64,000 nt of DNA from an uncultured delta proteobacterium (GCA_963771465.1 CAVYTU010000014.1:576001-640000), one strand, 5' to 3'; positions 10,669 to 20,600 are shown, counted from the first letter of the stretch. Notes: generated from the sequence alone by a model not told the origin. Made by a program: numbers and translations.

Positions 10669-11860
10669 CCGCAGTCCAATTAAAATTCCCATCGTCGACC
10701 TGCGCGCGCAGTACGCCAGAATTCGCGCCGAGGTGCGCAGTGCCATCGATGAAGTGGCGGAGAGTCAGCAGTTCATCCTCGGTCCAGCCGTCGCCCAGTT
10801 CGAAGCGCAGATGGCGAATTATCTAAATTGCCATCAAACCATTGGAGTTGCGTCTGGCAGCGATGCCTTGTTGCTCGCGCTGATGGCACTCGACATCGGC
10901 CCCGGCGATGCTGTCATCACCACGCCGTTCACTTTTTTTTCGACGGTTTCAGCGATCACGCGCTTGGGCGCTACGCCGTTGTTCGTCGACATCGAGAGCG
11001 ACGGCTATCTGCTTTCCGCCCAAGGCGTCGAGCAGTTCCTCAGCCAACGTGGAAAAATTAACCAAGGCGTGACCACAGAGGTAAAATCCGGATTGCGCAT
11101 CAAGGCGCTTTTGCCGGTGCATCTCTTCGGCCAGTGTTGCGCCATGAATGAATTGGCGGCGCTGGCGCGGAAATTTCAACTGCGCATTGTCGAAGACGTC
11201 GCCCAAGCGTGCGGCGCGCGCGTGACGATCGCCGGCGCAGAGAAATTCGCCGGCGCCATCGGCGATCTCGGCTGTTTCTCGTTTTTCCCGAGCAAGAATT
11301 TAGGCGGCTTCGGCGACGGCGGTTTGGTTTCGGCGAATTCCTCTGAGCCGGCGGCGCGTCTGCGCATGCTGCGCATGCACGGTGAAAGCGCTAAGTATCA
11401 CCACGCGGTGACCGGTATCAATTCCCGCCTCGACGCGCTCCAGGCCGCTGTGCTGACGGTCAAGCAGAAATATCTAGAGGCTTGGTGCGAAGAGCGAATT
11501 GAGCGGGCCGGAACTTATCAGCGGCTTTTCAGCGCAAGCGGTATGGTCGGAAACGGCATCCTAGCGATTCCGCCACCGAGCGTTGGCAAGTCCCACGTTT
11601 ATAACAATTACGTCGTTGGCGCCGAGCGCCGTGACGCCTTGAAACAGTTTCTCGCCGAGAGCGGCATTCAGAGCGAGATCTACTACCCGCTGCCGCTCCA
11701 TTTACAAAAGTGCTTTGCCGATTTAGCGTACGTGCAAGGTGACTTTTCCAACGCTGAGGCGGCGGCGCAGCAGGTTTTAGCCTTACCGCTTTATCCGGAA
11801 TTGACTTTGGCGCAGCAGGAAGCTGTGGTCGAACGGGTTGGCGCCTTTTACCGGCGCTGA
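10661..11860 (+). CDS. DegT/DnrJ/EryC1/StrS PLP-dependent sugar aminotransferase
   Basis: SGSDAL, PVHLFGQ, EDVAQACG, FSFFPSKNLGGFGDGG (PLP Lys), NSRLDALQA. Confidence 0.93.
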   Translation: MSSRSPIKIPIVDLRAQYARIRAEVRSAIDEVAESQQFILGPAVAQFEAQMANYLNCHQTIGVASGSDALLLALMALDIGPGDAVITTPFTFFSTVSAITRLGATPLFVDIESDGYLLSAQGVEQFLSQRGKINQGVTTEVKSGLRIKALLPVHLFGQCCAMNELAALARKFQLRIVEDVAQACGARVTIAGAEKFAGAIGDLGCFSFFPSKNLGGFGDGGLVSANSSEPAARLRMLRMHGESAKYHHAVTGINSRLDALQAAVLTVKQKYLEAWCEERIERAGTYQRLFSASGMVGNGILAIPPPSVGKSHVYNNYVVGAERRDALKQFLAESGIQSEIYYPLPLHLQKCFADLAYVQGDFSNAEAAAQQVLALPLYPELTLAQQEAVVERVGAFYRR

Positions 11861-11925
11861 GGAGCGCGCTTTCTTCTCTGTCGACCCTATGGTAAAAATT
11901 TTCACCCTTTAGGTTTGGAGAGTTT

Positions 11926-13044
11926 ATGGCAAAACCGCAGTTACAACAGCCCGAGGAAATCGCTGAAGGCGCCAAGTCGAGCTACGACCGCTGGGTGGAG
12001 CGCGAAGGCATCCCGGTCGTCAAGAGCTTTTTTGTCGAAGACATTCGCAAGGTCCCCTTGGAACCTTGGGATCGCAAAGGCGGCAACGGCTCGTTCATGC
12101 AAATGGAAGGCGCCGGGCAGGTGAACAATTGCTACATCTGTGAAATTCCGCCGGGCAAAAGTTTAAAACCGCAGCGCCAGCTATTCGAAGAGACGATTTA
12201 CGTCATAAGCGGTCAGGGTGCGACCACGGTGTGGCATAACGAAAACCAAAAACAAACTTTCGAATGGCACGCGGGGTCGCTCTTCTCCCCGCTCAATACT
12301 TGGCATCAATTATACAATGGCAGCGGCAGCGAGCCGGCGCGCTATCTCGCCGTAACCACTGCGCCAACGATGATCAATTTATTGCATAATCTCGATTTTA
12401 TCTTTCACAACGATTTCGTCTTTAACGACCGCTTCGACGCGCGCCAAGGCTACTTCAACGGCGAGGGAAACCTGCTCGCCGGCGACTATAAAGGCTTCAA
12501 GTTCGCCGGTAATGTTTGGGAAACCAATTTCGTTGCCGATGCGCGTAACTTCAAGTTAATGGAATACGACGTGCGCGGTGCCGGCGGGAGTAACATCAAA
12601 TTCGAGCTGTCGGAAAATACCACCGCCTGTCATATCTCGGAATTTCCCGTCGGAACCTACAAGAAAGCTCATCGCCATAATGCCGGGGCGCATGTGATCA
12701 TCCTTGGCGGCGAAGGTTATTCGCTGATCTGGCCTGATGGCGCGCCGATCAGGAAATACGACTGGCATGAAGGCAGCATGGTGGTGCCGCCGGAAAATTG
12801 GTGGCATCAACACTTTAACGCCGGCGACAAACCGGCGCGCTACTTGGCGCTGCGCGCCTTTGGCAGCAAGAAATTCAAAGGTGTAGGTAACAGCAAATAT
12901 CAACCCTCGCTGGACCGCAAAAAAGGCGGCTCGCAAATTGAATACGCCGATGAGGAGCTGCTCGTGCGCCAGTGGTTTCAAGAGGCTTTGGCAGCGCGCG
13001 GCGTCGAAAGCCAAATGGCCAAACATTACCAAAAGAGCGCATGA
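11926..13044 (+). CDS. Bicupin protein (gentisate dioxygenase-like fold)
   Basis: Two cupin barrels; C-terminal YKKAHRH...WWHQHFN metal motif; paralog of 50374-51507. Confidence 0.85.
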   Translation: MAKPQLQQPEEIAEGAKSSYDRWVEREGIPVVKSFFVEDIRKVPLEPWDRKGGNGSFMQMEGAGQVNNCYICEIPPGKSLKPQRQLFEETIYVISGQGATTVWHNENQKQTFEWHAGSLFSPLNTWHQLYNGSGSEPARYLAVTTAPTMINLLHNLDFIFHNDFVFNDRFDARQGYFNGEGNLLAGDYKGFKFAGNVWETNFVADARNFKLMEYDVRGAGGSNIKFELSENTTACHISEFPVGTYKKAHRHNAGAHVIILGGEGYSLIWPDGAPIRKYDWHEGSMVVPPENWWHQHFNAGDKPARYLALRAFGSKKFKGVGNSKYQPSLDRKKGGSQIEYADEELLVRQWFQEALAARGVESQMAKHYQKSA

Positions 13045-13618
13045 AAGAAGCGATCGTCAAAGCCTTCGAGGAAAGCGTCCGGGTCAAGCAAGCTTTTCTG
13101 CGTGATAATCTAGAAACGCTGATGCTGGCGATCGACGCCATTGTGGCGGCGTTTAAGACACGGCAACAAACTGCTGCTCTTCGGCAACGGCGGCAGCGCC
13201 GCCGACGCGCAGCATATTGCCGCCGAATTCACCAACCGTTTCTTAATCGAACGGCCGCCGCTGCCGGCGCTGGCGTTGACCACCGACACCTCGGCGCTCA
13301 CCGCGATCAGCCAACGATTACGATTACTCGCAAATTTTCGTGAAACAAATTAAAGCTTTGGGCAAGGCGGGCGACATCGCGCTGGCGATTTCCACCAGCG
13401 GTAATTCCGCCAACGTGCTAGAGGCGATTGAAACATGCCGGGAGCTGAAGATCGCAACCATTGGCCTCACGGGGGGAAACGGCGGGAAAATGGTCGGTAA
13501 AGTCGATTACCTGCTGCGCGCCAGCGAGGGCAAGAACAGTCCGCGCATTCAGGAAACGCATATTCTCGTCGGCCATGTGATCTGTGAAATCGTTGACCTA
13601 AAGCTCTTTCCCGCCTGA
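13041..13618 (+). CDS. gmhA: Phosphoheptose isomerase GmhA (SIS); two +1 frameshifts near 13157 and 13311
   Basis: [38 protein letters not shown] and RIQETH reconstructed across three ORF fragments. Confidence 0.88.
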
Positions 13619-13670
13619 ACGAAATAAAAATGATGAGTGTATTCAACTTGCCCCCTGAGCCAGTTTGCGC

Positions 13671-14840
13671 ATGCGCTTAGATGTACTCGTGTTCGGCGGC
13701 GGCGCCGCCGGACTATGGTGTCTCGACCGTTTACGCCGGGCCGGTTACCACGCGATTCTCTTGGAATCGAAAGCCCTCGGTAGAGGCCAAACCATCCAGT
13801 CCCAGGGAATTATTCATGGCGGCGGTAAATACGCCTTGCGCGGCGTGCGCGATTTCGACGCCGTGCGGGCGACCAGCTCGATGCCCGAGCGCTGGCGCCA
13901 AAGTCTCGTCGGAGAGATTGCACCTGACCTTGCAGGCACGCAGTTAGTATCCACCAAGTGTCATCTTTGGTTGCCGCGTGGTTCAGTCATCGCTCGGCTT
14001 CAATCTTTAGGTTTCATGAGTTTTGTCGCCAACGCCGGTCTGCTCGCAACTCGTCCGGTAAAGGTTGCCAAAGCGGCGTGGCCCGAGGCGCTCTGCGATT
14101 CCGCGTTGGCGGTCTATGCTCTCGCCGAGCCGGTCATTACCACCGGTTCGTTGCTCAAAGCCTTGGCCGCGCGCCATAGCGGATTCATCTTTCTCTATGA
14201 CGGCGCGGCGATCGAATTCGCCGCGGATGGAGTGAGCGTCGGCGATGTTTTGCTGCAACCGCGTGCCATGGTGCTGGCGGCCGGTGCGGGTAACGGCGAG
14301 CTCTTGAGCAGAGCCGGCATGAACGCTGATCTGATGCAGCGCCGCCCGCTCGGCATGGTCCTGCTGCGCGGCGAACTGCCGCGACTCTTTGGTCACTGCA
14401 TCGTCGGCGGCAAGACCGGCCTGACGATCACCACGCCGGTTCGGGGCACTTGGCAAATCGGCGGCGAAATCGCCGAACAACTCGCAAGTGAAAACGATGC
14501 CGCCGTAGCCCGCGCTTCGGCGCTCGCCGAAATTCGCCGCCGGCTGCCGGGCTTCGATTTAGCGAGTAGCGAAATCGCCATCTATCGCGCCGTGCGAGCC
14601 GAAGCTCGTACAGCTGCAAGCCGCCGGCCAAGCGGAGTTCACGTCAATCGTGTGGCACCGGGCATGGTGGTCGCCTGGCCGACGAAATTATCATTGGTGC
14701 CGGTCTTAGCCGACGAGGTCTTCGAAATTCTTCAGCTCGATCTCAAGGCGCCGGGCGGATATGATGAAACCCCGCCATGGCCGACACCAAGCGTGGCACG
14801 TTATCCCTGGGAGGACGCCGAATGGTTCGCCGTCAACTAG
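13671..14840 (+). CDS. FAD-dependent oxidoreductase (DAO-like; Pseudomonas PA4991-type)
   Basis: GGGAAGLW, GQTIQSQGIIHGGGKYAL, MQRRPL and WPTKL motifs. Confidence 0.85.
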   Translation: MRLDVLVFGGGAAGLWCLDRLRRAGYHAILLESKALGRGQTIQSQGIIHGGGKYALRGVRDFDAVRATSSMPERWRQSLVGEIAPDLAGTQLVSTKCHLWLPRGSVIARLQSLGFMSFVANAGLLATRPVKVAKAAWPEALCDSALAVYALAEPVITTGSLLKALAARHSGFIFLYDGAAIEFAADGVSVGDVLLQPRAMVLAAGAGNGELLSRAGMNADLMQRRPLGMVLLRGELPRLFGHCIVGGKTGLTITTPVRGTWQIGGEIAEQLASENDAAVARASALAEIRRRLPGFDLASSEIAIYRAVRAEARTAASRRPSGVHVNRVAPGMVVAWPTKLSLVPVLADEVFEILQLDLKAPGGYDETPPWPTPSVARYPWEDAEWFAVN

Positions 14841-15592
14841 GGCGCACCGGTTTTGCCGTTGCCCCAATCGCCCTCGGCACGACCAAATTCGGCCGGAACA
14901 CGGATGTTAGATATCCCGCAAGTTTCGCCTTACCGTCGGCGCAAGAGATCGCCGAATTATTCGAATCCGCTCTAAAGTTCGGCGTCCATCTTATCGACAC
15001 TGCGCCCGCCTACGGCGAGAGCGAACAGCGGCTTGGCGCGCTGGTTGACATGCATCGCGATGAGATCCTGCTGTGCAGCAAGTGCGGCGAGAGCTACGCG
15101 AACGGCCGCTCTTTTCATGATTTTTCCGCGGCCGCTATCATCGCCAGCGTCGAGGCTAGCCTCGGCCGATTAAAAACAGACCATATTGATATCCTACTGC
15201 TTCACTCCGACGGGCGCGATGTTGAGATTTTGACTCAAACCGACGCCCTGGAAGGACTTGGTCAGCTCAAGCGAAGCGGCAAGATCGGCGCCATGGGTAT
15301 TTCAGCAAAAACTCCGACCGGCATTCGCGAGGCCGCGCGCAGCTGCGATATCGTCATGGCACCCTTCAGTCAAGTGGAACCCGCGCTAGCCAACGCTCTC
15401 ACAGAGGCGCATGATCAAGGCTTGGGAGTGCTAGCGATCAAAGGGCTTTTCAGCGGCCACCTGGAAGCGCGTCCGGCTATCGAGTTCGTGCTCAACCAAC
15501 CATTTATCGATGCTTTGGTCATCGGCACGCTCAATCCGGCTCACCTCGAATTAGCGGTAGAGATCGCGGAAAACATGCCTAACAGGGGCTGA
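14822..15592 (+). CDS. Aldo/keto reductase (PA4992-type)
   Basis: LGTTKFGR..V.YP..F, IDTAPAYG, SKCG, LHSDG.D; GGAGGA RBS before ATG 14822; overlaps the upstream stop. Confidence 0.88.
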   Translation: MVRRQLGRTGFAVAPIALGTTKFGRNTDVRYPASFALPSAQEIAELFESALKFGVHLIDTAPAYGESEQRLGALVDMHRDEILLCSKCGESYANGRSFHDFSAAAIIASVEASLGRLKTDHIDILLLHSDGRDVEILTQTDALEGLGQLKRSGKIGAMGISAKTPTGIREAARSCDIVMAPFSQVEPALANALTEAHDQGLGVLAIKGLFSGHLEARPAIEFVLNQPFIDALVIGTLNPAHLELAVEIAENMPNRG

Positions 15593-15765
15593 ATTCGGTT
15601 TGCTTCGCGGCCGTTGTGCGACTCGCAAAATTTTAGCGCGCCGATCGTCGCGGTATCGATAATAAGCCGAAAGCGTTACCGCTCTCTGGTAAAAAGCTGG
15701 GGTGTTATGAGCTTTGCCGTGTTGGGGTATTTTAGCTACAATGCCTATTCGGTGGAAGGACAACC

Positions 15766-16548
15766 ATGCAAATCACCCTCACCACTGACTTCGGCCAGCA
15801 AGATCCCTATGTTGGTCTGATGAAAGGTGTGATCGCCGCGATTAATCCCGAGGCGCAGGTAATCGACTTGAGCCATGGTGTGCCGCCGCAAAACATCATG
15901 GCTGCTGGATTAATCCTGCAGCATTCGATCCGTTATTTTCCCGCCGGCACGATCCATGTTGTGGTCGTAGACCCTGGTGTAGGCAGCAGCCGGCGGCCGA
16001 TTTTGATCGAGTTTGACGAAAGTTACTTTATCGGCCCCGATAACGGCGCGCTGAGCGTCGCGTTCGAGCGCAAACAACCGAGCCAAATCATTCATCTGTC
16101 CAACCCGACATTTCACCTACAGACGATTAGCACGACGTTTCACGGCCGCGATATTTTCGCTCCGGTAGCGGCTCATTTGTCGCTCGGCGTTCCGGTCGAA
16201 GAATTTGGCGAAAAGCTCGAGTCATTCGTCGAGTTGGTGGTACCAAAAATCATCCGGCAAGAGCAGCAGATCAATGGGGAGATTGTCTACGTCGACAGCT
16301 TTGGCAATCTGTTTACAAACATTCGCCAGCGTGATTTGACAGGGTTGGCGAAAGATCAGTTGCGAATTATCCTCGAGTCGACCGAAATTGGCGGTTTGGC
16401 AGCCAATTACGCTTCGGTGGTCGCCGGCGAGTTCGCATGTCTATTCAACAGCTGGGGGTATCTCGAGATCGCCGTAAACAAAGGCAATGCGCACCAGCGT
16501 ACCGGCGCCAAGGTCGGCGATAAAGTCGCGGTTGCGAGTAAAAATTAG
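15766..16548 (+). CDS. SAM hydroxide adenosyltransferase (DUF62, fluorinase/chlorinase family)
   Basis: ITLTTDFG, VVDPGVG..RR, GPDNG, TFHGRD, DSFGNL. Confidence 0.9.
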   Translation: MQITLTTDFGQQDPYVGLMKGVIAAINPEAQVIDLSHGVPPQNIMAAGLILQHSIRYFPAGTIHVVVVDPGVGSSRRPILIEFDESYFIGPDNGALSVAFERKQPSQIIHLSNPTFHLQTISTTFHGRDIFAPVAAHLSLGVPVEEFGEKLESFVELVVPKIIRQEQQINGEIVYVDSFGNLFTNIRQRDLTGLAKDQLRIILESTEIGGLAANYASVVAGEFACLFNSWGYLEIAVNKGNAHQRTGAKVGDKVAVASKN

Positions 16549-16565
16549 CTTACCAAAGGTTGATT

Positions 16566-17027
16566 ATGAGCGAGCGGCTAAGTTGGGATCAATACTTCAT
16601 GACGATCACCTTGCAGGTGGCCGAGCGCTCTACCTGCACTCGTGCAAAAGTCGGCGCGGTAATCGTGCGCGACAAAAACATCCTTGCCACCGGCTATAAC
16701 GGCGCACCGGCGGGCATGCCCCATTGCACTGATGTCGGCTGTTTGGTTTACGAATCGAAAACCCCGAACGGCGAAACCGAGCAGAATTGCTTTCGCACCA
16801 TCCATGCCGAGATGAATGCGATCGCCCAAGCAGCGAAAAATGGCTCTACCATCAAAGACGGCGCTATCTATATAACCCATACGCCGTGTATTCATTGTCT
16901 AAAAGTGCTCGTCAATACCGGAATCAAAGAAATATTCTATTTAAAGCCCTATAAACTCCACACCCTGGAAGAATTGCTACGCTATACACAAGTCCATCTC
17001 TACCCGGTTCAGTTGCCCTGCGAATAA
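16566..17027 (+). CDS. dCMP deaminase / ComEB family Zn deaminase
   Basis: RSTC, TGYNG, HAEMNAI, PCIHC. Confidence 0.92.
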   Translation: MSERLSWDQYFMTITLQVAERSTCTRAKVGAVIVRDKNILATGYNGAPAGMPHCTDVGCLVYESKTPNGETEQNCFRTIHAEMNAIAQAAKNGSTIKDGAIYITHTPCIHCLKVLVNTGIKEIFYLKPYKLHTLEELLRYTQVHLYPVQLPCE

Positions 17028-17056
17028 AAAAAGGGTGAGGAGAATTCTCCCCACCC
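17026..17056 (-). terminator. Rho-independent terminator of the atpE operon (possibly bidirectional)
   Basis: GGGTGAGGAG-AATT-CTCCCCACCC stem with a 7-U tract on the minus strand, between convergent genes. Confidence 0.75.
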
Positions 17057-17081
17057 CTTCTCGATTTGAGCGATTCAGTCA

Positions 17082-17408
17082 TTAAATCTTGCCCTGCAAG
17101 AGAATCGCGATAACGAAACCATACAGCGCCAACGCTTCGAGCAACGCCAGTGTTAAAACTAGCGGCAAGAAGAGCTTGTCGGCGGCGTTTGGGTTGCGTC
17201 CAATGCTTTCCATGGCGGCGGCGCCAACCCGGCCCTGGCCCAACGCGGCGCCGAAGGCGGCCAGCGCGACGGCAACACCAGCGGCGATGGCGACCGCAGC
17301 TTTAACTTGCGCATCGCCGCCAGCTACGGCGACCTCGACGGCCATTGCTACACTGGTTGATAGCAAACTCAAAAACAGCATAGCGAATAAAGCGAACAGC
17401 TTTTTCAT
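17082..17408 (-). CDS. atpE: F0 ATP synthase subunit c
   Basis: GAALGQG, IGRNPNA, LLEALALY; strong RBS; N-terminal signal-like extension. Confidence 0.95.
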   Translation of the reverse strand: MKKLFALFAMLFLSLLSTSVAMAVEVAVAGGDAQVKAAVAIAAGVAVALAAFGAALGQGRVGAAAMESIGRNPNAADKLFLPLVLTLALLEALALYGFVIAILLQGKI

Positions 17409-17477
17409 CCTCCCCCCTTTCCAGCGTCTTCGGCCTGCCACTCCTCTATCCTCATCCTCGCCACAGCGGCCCTTCGC

Positions 17478-18278
17478 TTAATGATGTCCCTGATGTGATT
17501 GTTGTGCTTCGTGCCCATGTTCTTCGTCATGACCATGACTGATGGCTAGCGCGACATAAATCATACTCAACAATGTAAAGACAAAGGCTTGTATCAGACT
17601 AACCAGCGTTCCCATGGCATAAAAAGCCACAGGTATCACCAGTTTGGTTAAACTAATAAACGCGCCGATCACTTCGTGGTCACCCATCATGTTGCCGAAC
17701 AGACGCAAAGATAACGAAACCGGCCGAAAACCATGGGAAAACAACTCCAGGATAAAGAAAAACATCACGGAAATGAGTAGCACTGGCAAGAACGCGAGCT
17801 TTGAAATGATACTGCCACCGGGCAGACCCGTCATCGGGCCGACGAAATGCTTGAAGTAGCTCAACCCTTGCTCGCGCACGCCGATCACGTTGTAGCCGAT
17901 GAAGGAACATAGAGCTAACCCGATCGTGGTATTGAGGTTAGCGGTCGGCGCGCCAAAACCGGGCAAGAGTCCCATTAAATTGCTGATCAATATAAAAATG
18001 AAAAATGTCCCATAAAACGGCACGTATTTGCGCCCAGCTTTGCCGATGATGGCGTCACTCTGGCTAACAATCAATTGGACCAACAGCTCGGCGAGGTTGC
18101 GCGAACCTAGCTCGGCCGCGGGTACGGCCGGATCTTGGGCTTTCGCGAGCGCGCCACGTGCTGACAACGCGAAGAGAATTAATAGAAAAACTGCAATCAG
18201 GGCGAAGAACGTGTGGTCGCCAAAAGCATGCTGCCAACCTTCAGGTAGCAAGTTATACCAAGTAAACGGATGTTCCAT
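17478..18278 (-). CDS. atpB: F0 ATP synthase subunit a
   Basis: NLMGLLPG, PTANLNTT, RPVSLSLRLFGNM, IQAFVFTLL. Confidence 0.96.
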   Translation of the reverse strand: MEHPFTWYNLLPEGWQHAFGDHTFFALIAVFLLILFALSARGALAKAQDPAVPAAELGSRNLAELLVQLIVSQSDAIIGKAGRKYVPFYGTFFIFILISNLMGLLPGFGAPTANLNTTIGLALCSFIGYNVIGVREQGLSYFKHFVGPMTGLPGGSIISKLAFLPVLLISVMFFFILELFSHGFRPVSLSLRLFGNMMGDHEVIGAFISLTKLVIPVAFYAMGTLVSLIQAFVFTLLSMIYVALAISHGHDEEHGHEAQQSHQGHH

Positions 18279-18290
18279 CTTACAATCTTC

Positions 18291-18668
18291 CTATGTCGGC
18301 GAAGTCACGCTGCGGCGCACCGCCTCGATAACGATCGCGATAAGCAAAGTCGAAAAGCCGAGAGCAAAAGAGATCGCATCGAACTCAAAGTGAAAAAAAA
18401 CCGCGCTTAGCAGCCCCAAAAAAATCAATATCTTAAGAACGAGCAACCCGACTCCGGCTTTGACCCGCCCTTTACCCGCCAACGGCGTCAGAACCAAGGC
18501 GACACCGAAACTCAAGAGGAGGAAGTTCACGCCCATGAAAACGCCGCCAATCACTAAAGCGGTGGGCTCGACAATTTGGGTTCCACCGAGCGTCGCGACT
18601 AAGCCTAGCAACAATATTACATGCCAGAGCTCAATGCGCAGTATCGTTTTTTTCGCTGCGGGTTCCAT
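18291..18668 (-). CDS. atpI: ATP synthase protein I
   Basis: Four-TM hydrophobic protein immediately upstream of atpB; start uncertain (18668 or 18683). Confidence 0.75.
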   Translation of the reverse strand: MEPAAKKTILRIELWHVILLLGLVATLGGTQIVEPTALVIGGVFMGVNFLLLSFGVALVLTPLAGKGRVKAGVGLLVLKILIFLGLLSAVFFHFEFDAISFALGFSTLLIAIVIEAVRRSVTSPT

Positions 18669-18915
18669 CGCGTTCACGGGCAAAGAACTTAACCCAACGC
18701 ACCAATCTCATAAAGGCTCCAGCGAAAGCTATCGCGGTGAGCGCGATCAGGAACCAAGGTGATGAACCGAGGTATAGGTCAAGGAAGTAACCCACTGCGA
18801 GGCCACCTATGATTGTGCCAGGCAGCTCAAAGGCCACTCCTAGATACAAACCCGCTCGGCGCACTAAGGGAGTTTGGTCGTCTTGGTTATTGGGGCGATC
18901 CCCAATTTTCTCCAC
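18631..18915 (-). CDS. AtpZ/AtpI family protein
   Basis: Two TM helices with GYFLD.YLGSSPWFLI motif; precedes atpI-atpB. Confidence 0.8.
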   Translation of the reverse strand: MEKIGDRPNNQDDQTPLVRRAGLYLGVAFELPGTIIGGLAVGYFLDLYLGSSPWFLIALTAIAFAGAFMRLVRWVKFFARERDGTRSEKNDTAH

Positions 18916-18949
18916 TGGGCAAGTTTTCTACCATGAAGGTGGCAGCCGT

Positions 18950-20236
18950 TCAACCGCGTTTGGACGCGCTTACCCAGCGGTCGAACGCCAAAATAGTCTT
19001 GTCCAAATCGGCATTTGAATGCGCCAGGGAAACAAACATCGCTTCAAACGGCGCCGGTGGTAAATAGACGCCCTGAGCCAACATGAAGTGAAAATAATCA
19101 GCGAACATTTGCCGGTCGCATTTCCTGGCGTCATCGGCGTTTTGAACTTTGTCGATGCCGAAGAAAAGTGTCAGCATGGAACCGGCGCGATTAATCGTCG
19201 CTCTGATTCGGTTTTTCTTAATAACCTTTCTAAAGCCATCTTCTAAGCGCTTTCCTTTGGCGGCTAAACCTTGATAGGTACCATGCTGGCAAAGTAGTTT
19301 GAGTGTAGTCAATCCGGCTGCAACAGCTAAGGGGTTGCCTGATAAAGTTCCCGCCTGATACACCGGCCCAAGAGGGGCAAGCAAATCCATAACCTCCCGC
19401 CGCCCGCCAAAGGCTGCGAGTGGTAAGCCGCCGCCGAGAACTTTTCCCAGACACGTAAGATCGGGCTTGAGTTTGAAAACCTCTTGAGCGCCACCGAGAG
19501 CGACTCTAAACCCGGTGATCACCTCGTCAAAAATCAGGAGCGCGCCGTGATGTACGGTAATTTTGCGCAGGGCCGCAAGAAAACCAGGCTCCGGTAAGAT
19601 CACGCCCATGTTGCCGCAGATGGGTTCAACGATCACTGCAGCGATACTTTTCCCGAATTGATTGAACAATCTTTGCACCGACTTGATATCATTGTACCTA
19701 GCTGTCAGCGTTTCGTGGGCGAAGCTACGCGGTACACCCGGGCTATCCGGAAGTCCCAGTGTCGCCACAGCCGAACCCGCTTTCACCAGCAAACCATCGG
19801 AGTGACCGTGATAGCAACCGTCGAATTTGACCAATTTCGTGCGCTGGGTAAACGCGCGGGCTAAACGAATCGCGCTCATGGTCGCTTCGGTGCCTGAACT
19901 GACAAGCCGCAACTTCTCGACGGATGGCACGATTCGCGAAACTAGCTCAGCTAAATCAACTTCTCCTCCAGTTGGCGCACCAAACGTCGTACCTTTGGCC
20001 GCTTTTTGCTTTAGCGCCTGAACAATCCGTGGATGGGCATGCCCGAGAATCAGCGGTCCCCAGGAGCCGATGAAATCGATATAACGTTTGCCATCGGCGT
20101 CGTAGATGTAACTCCCTTTGCCACGTGTAATAAATCGCGGCACGCCGCCGACGGATTGCCAAGCGCGCACGGGACTGTTGACGCCGCCGGGAATTTTTCG
20201 TAGCGCGCGGGCAAATATTTTTTCGGATTCAGCCAT
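18950..20236 (-). CDS. hemL: Glutamate-1-semialdehyde 2,1-aminomutase
   Basis: PGGVNSPVRA, SWGPLILGH, SGTEATM, YHGHSD, FDEVITGFR, LGKVLGGG, YQAGTLSGNP. Confidence 0.97.
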   Translation of the reverse strand: MAESEKIFARALRKIPGGVNSPVRAWQSVGGVPRFITRGKGSYIYDADGKRYIDFIGSWGPLILGHAHPRIVQALKQKAAKGTTFGAPTGGEVDLAELVSRIVPSVEKLRLVSSGTEATMSAIRLARAFTQRTKLVKFDGCYHGHSDGLLVKAGSAVATLGLPDSPGVPRSFAHETLTARYNDIKSVQRLFNQFGKSIAAVIVEPICGNMGVILPEPGFLAALRKITVHHGALLIFDEVITGFRVALGGAQEVFKLKPDLTCLGKVLGGGLPLAAFGGRREVMDLLAPLGPVYQAGTLSGNPLAVAAGLTTLKLLCQHGTYQGLAAKGKRLEDGFRKVIKKNRIRATINRAGSMLTLFFGIDKVQNADDARKCDRQMFADYFHFMLAQGVYLPPAPFEAMFVSLAHSNADLDKTILAFDRWVSASKRG

Positions 20237-20521
20237 GATTCTGAGTGAAGTTTGCTAACACCGGCTTACCGAGCTGTCAAGAAAATCGCAGCGTGAAAGA
20301 AAAAAAATTTCTTGTGGACTTTTTTCTTGCAATGAATTTTGAAAAGGACTATGACAGTCCCTTCCGACGCACAAACAAAAATTTTTTCACTATTATTTTT
20401 GCATCAGGGCGCGAATGTTTGATCTTACCAGTCATCGATTTATCGGTTCTTGTAAATGAATTATCCTGCGCTGATTTTCGCCGCCTGCCGCGAGTTTCTC
20501 GCAGATCATCTAATAACTAAG

Positions 20522-20541
20522 TTATCCACAGCTGTGGATAA
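20522..20541. promoter_or_regulatory. Inverted pair of perfect DnaA boxes upstream of dnaA (autoregulation or left origin half)
   Basis: TTATCCACA-GC-TGTGGATAA. Confidence 0.85.
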
Positions 20542-20600
20542 CTATGTTTGTAACTATTTTTTAACTTCCCTCGTTATTTCAATCGTTTAGCGACACGACT

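Noticed and set aside
10402-10826. Arg/Ser-rich C-terminus of the 519-aa ORF 9267-10826
   Set aside because: Out-of-frame read-through after the +1 indel; it overlaps DegT
15766-16548. Possible fluorinase/chlorinase
   Set aside because: TFHGRD with the Asp/Arg/His triad indicates the common SAM hydroxide adenosyltransferase type
20245-20520. 91-aa ORF upstream of dnaA
   Set aside because: A/T-tract promoter region between divergent genes; not rpmH
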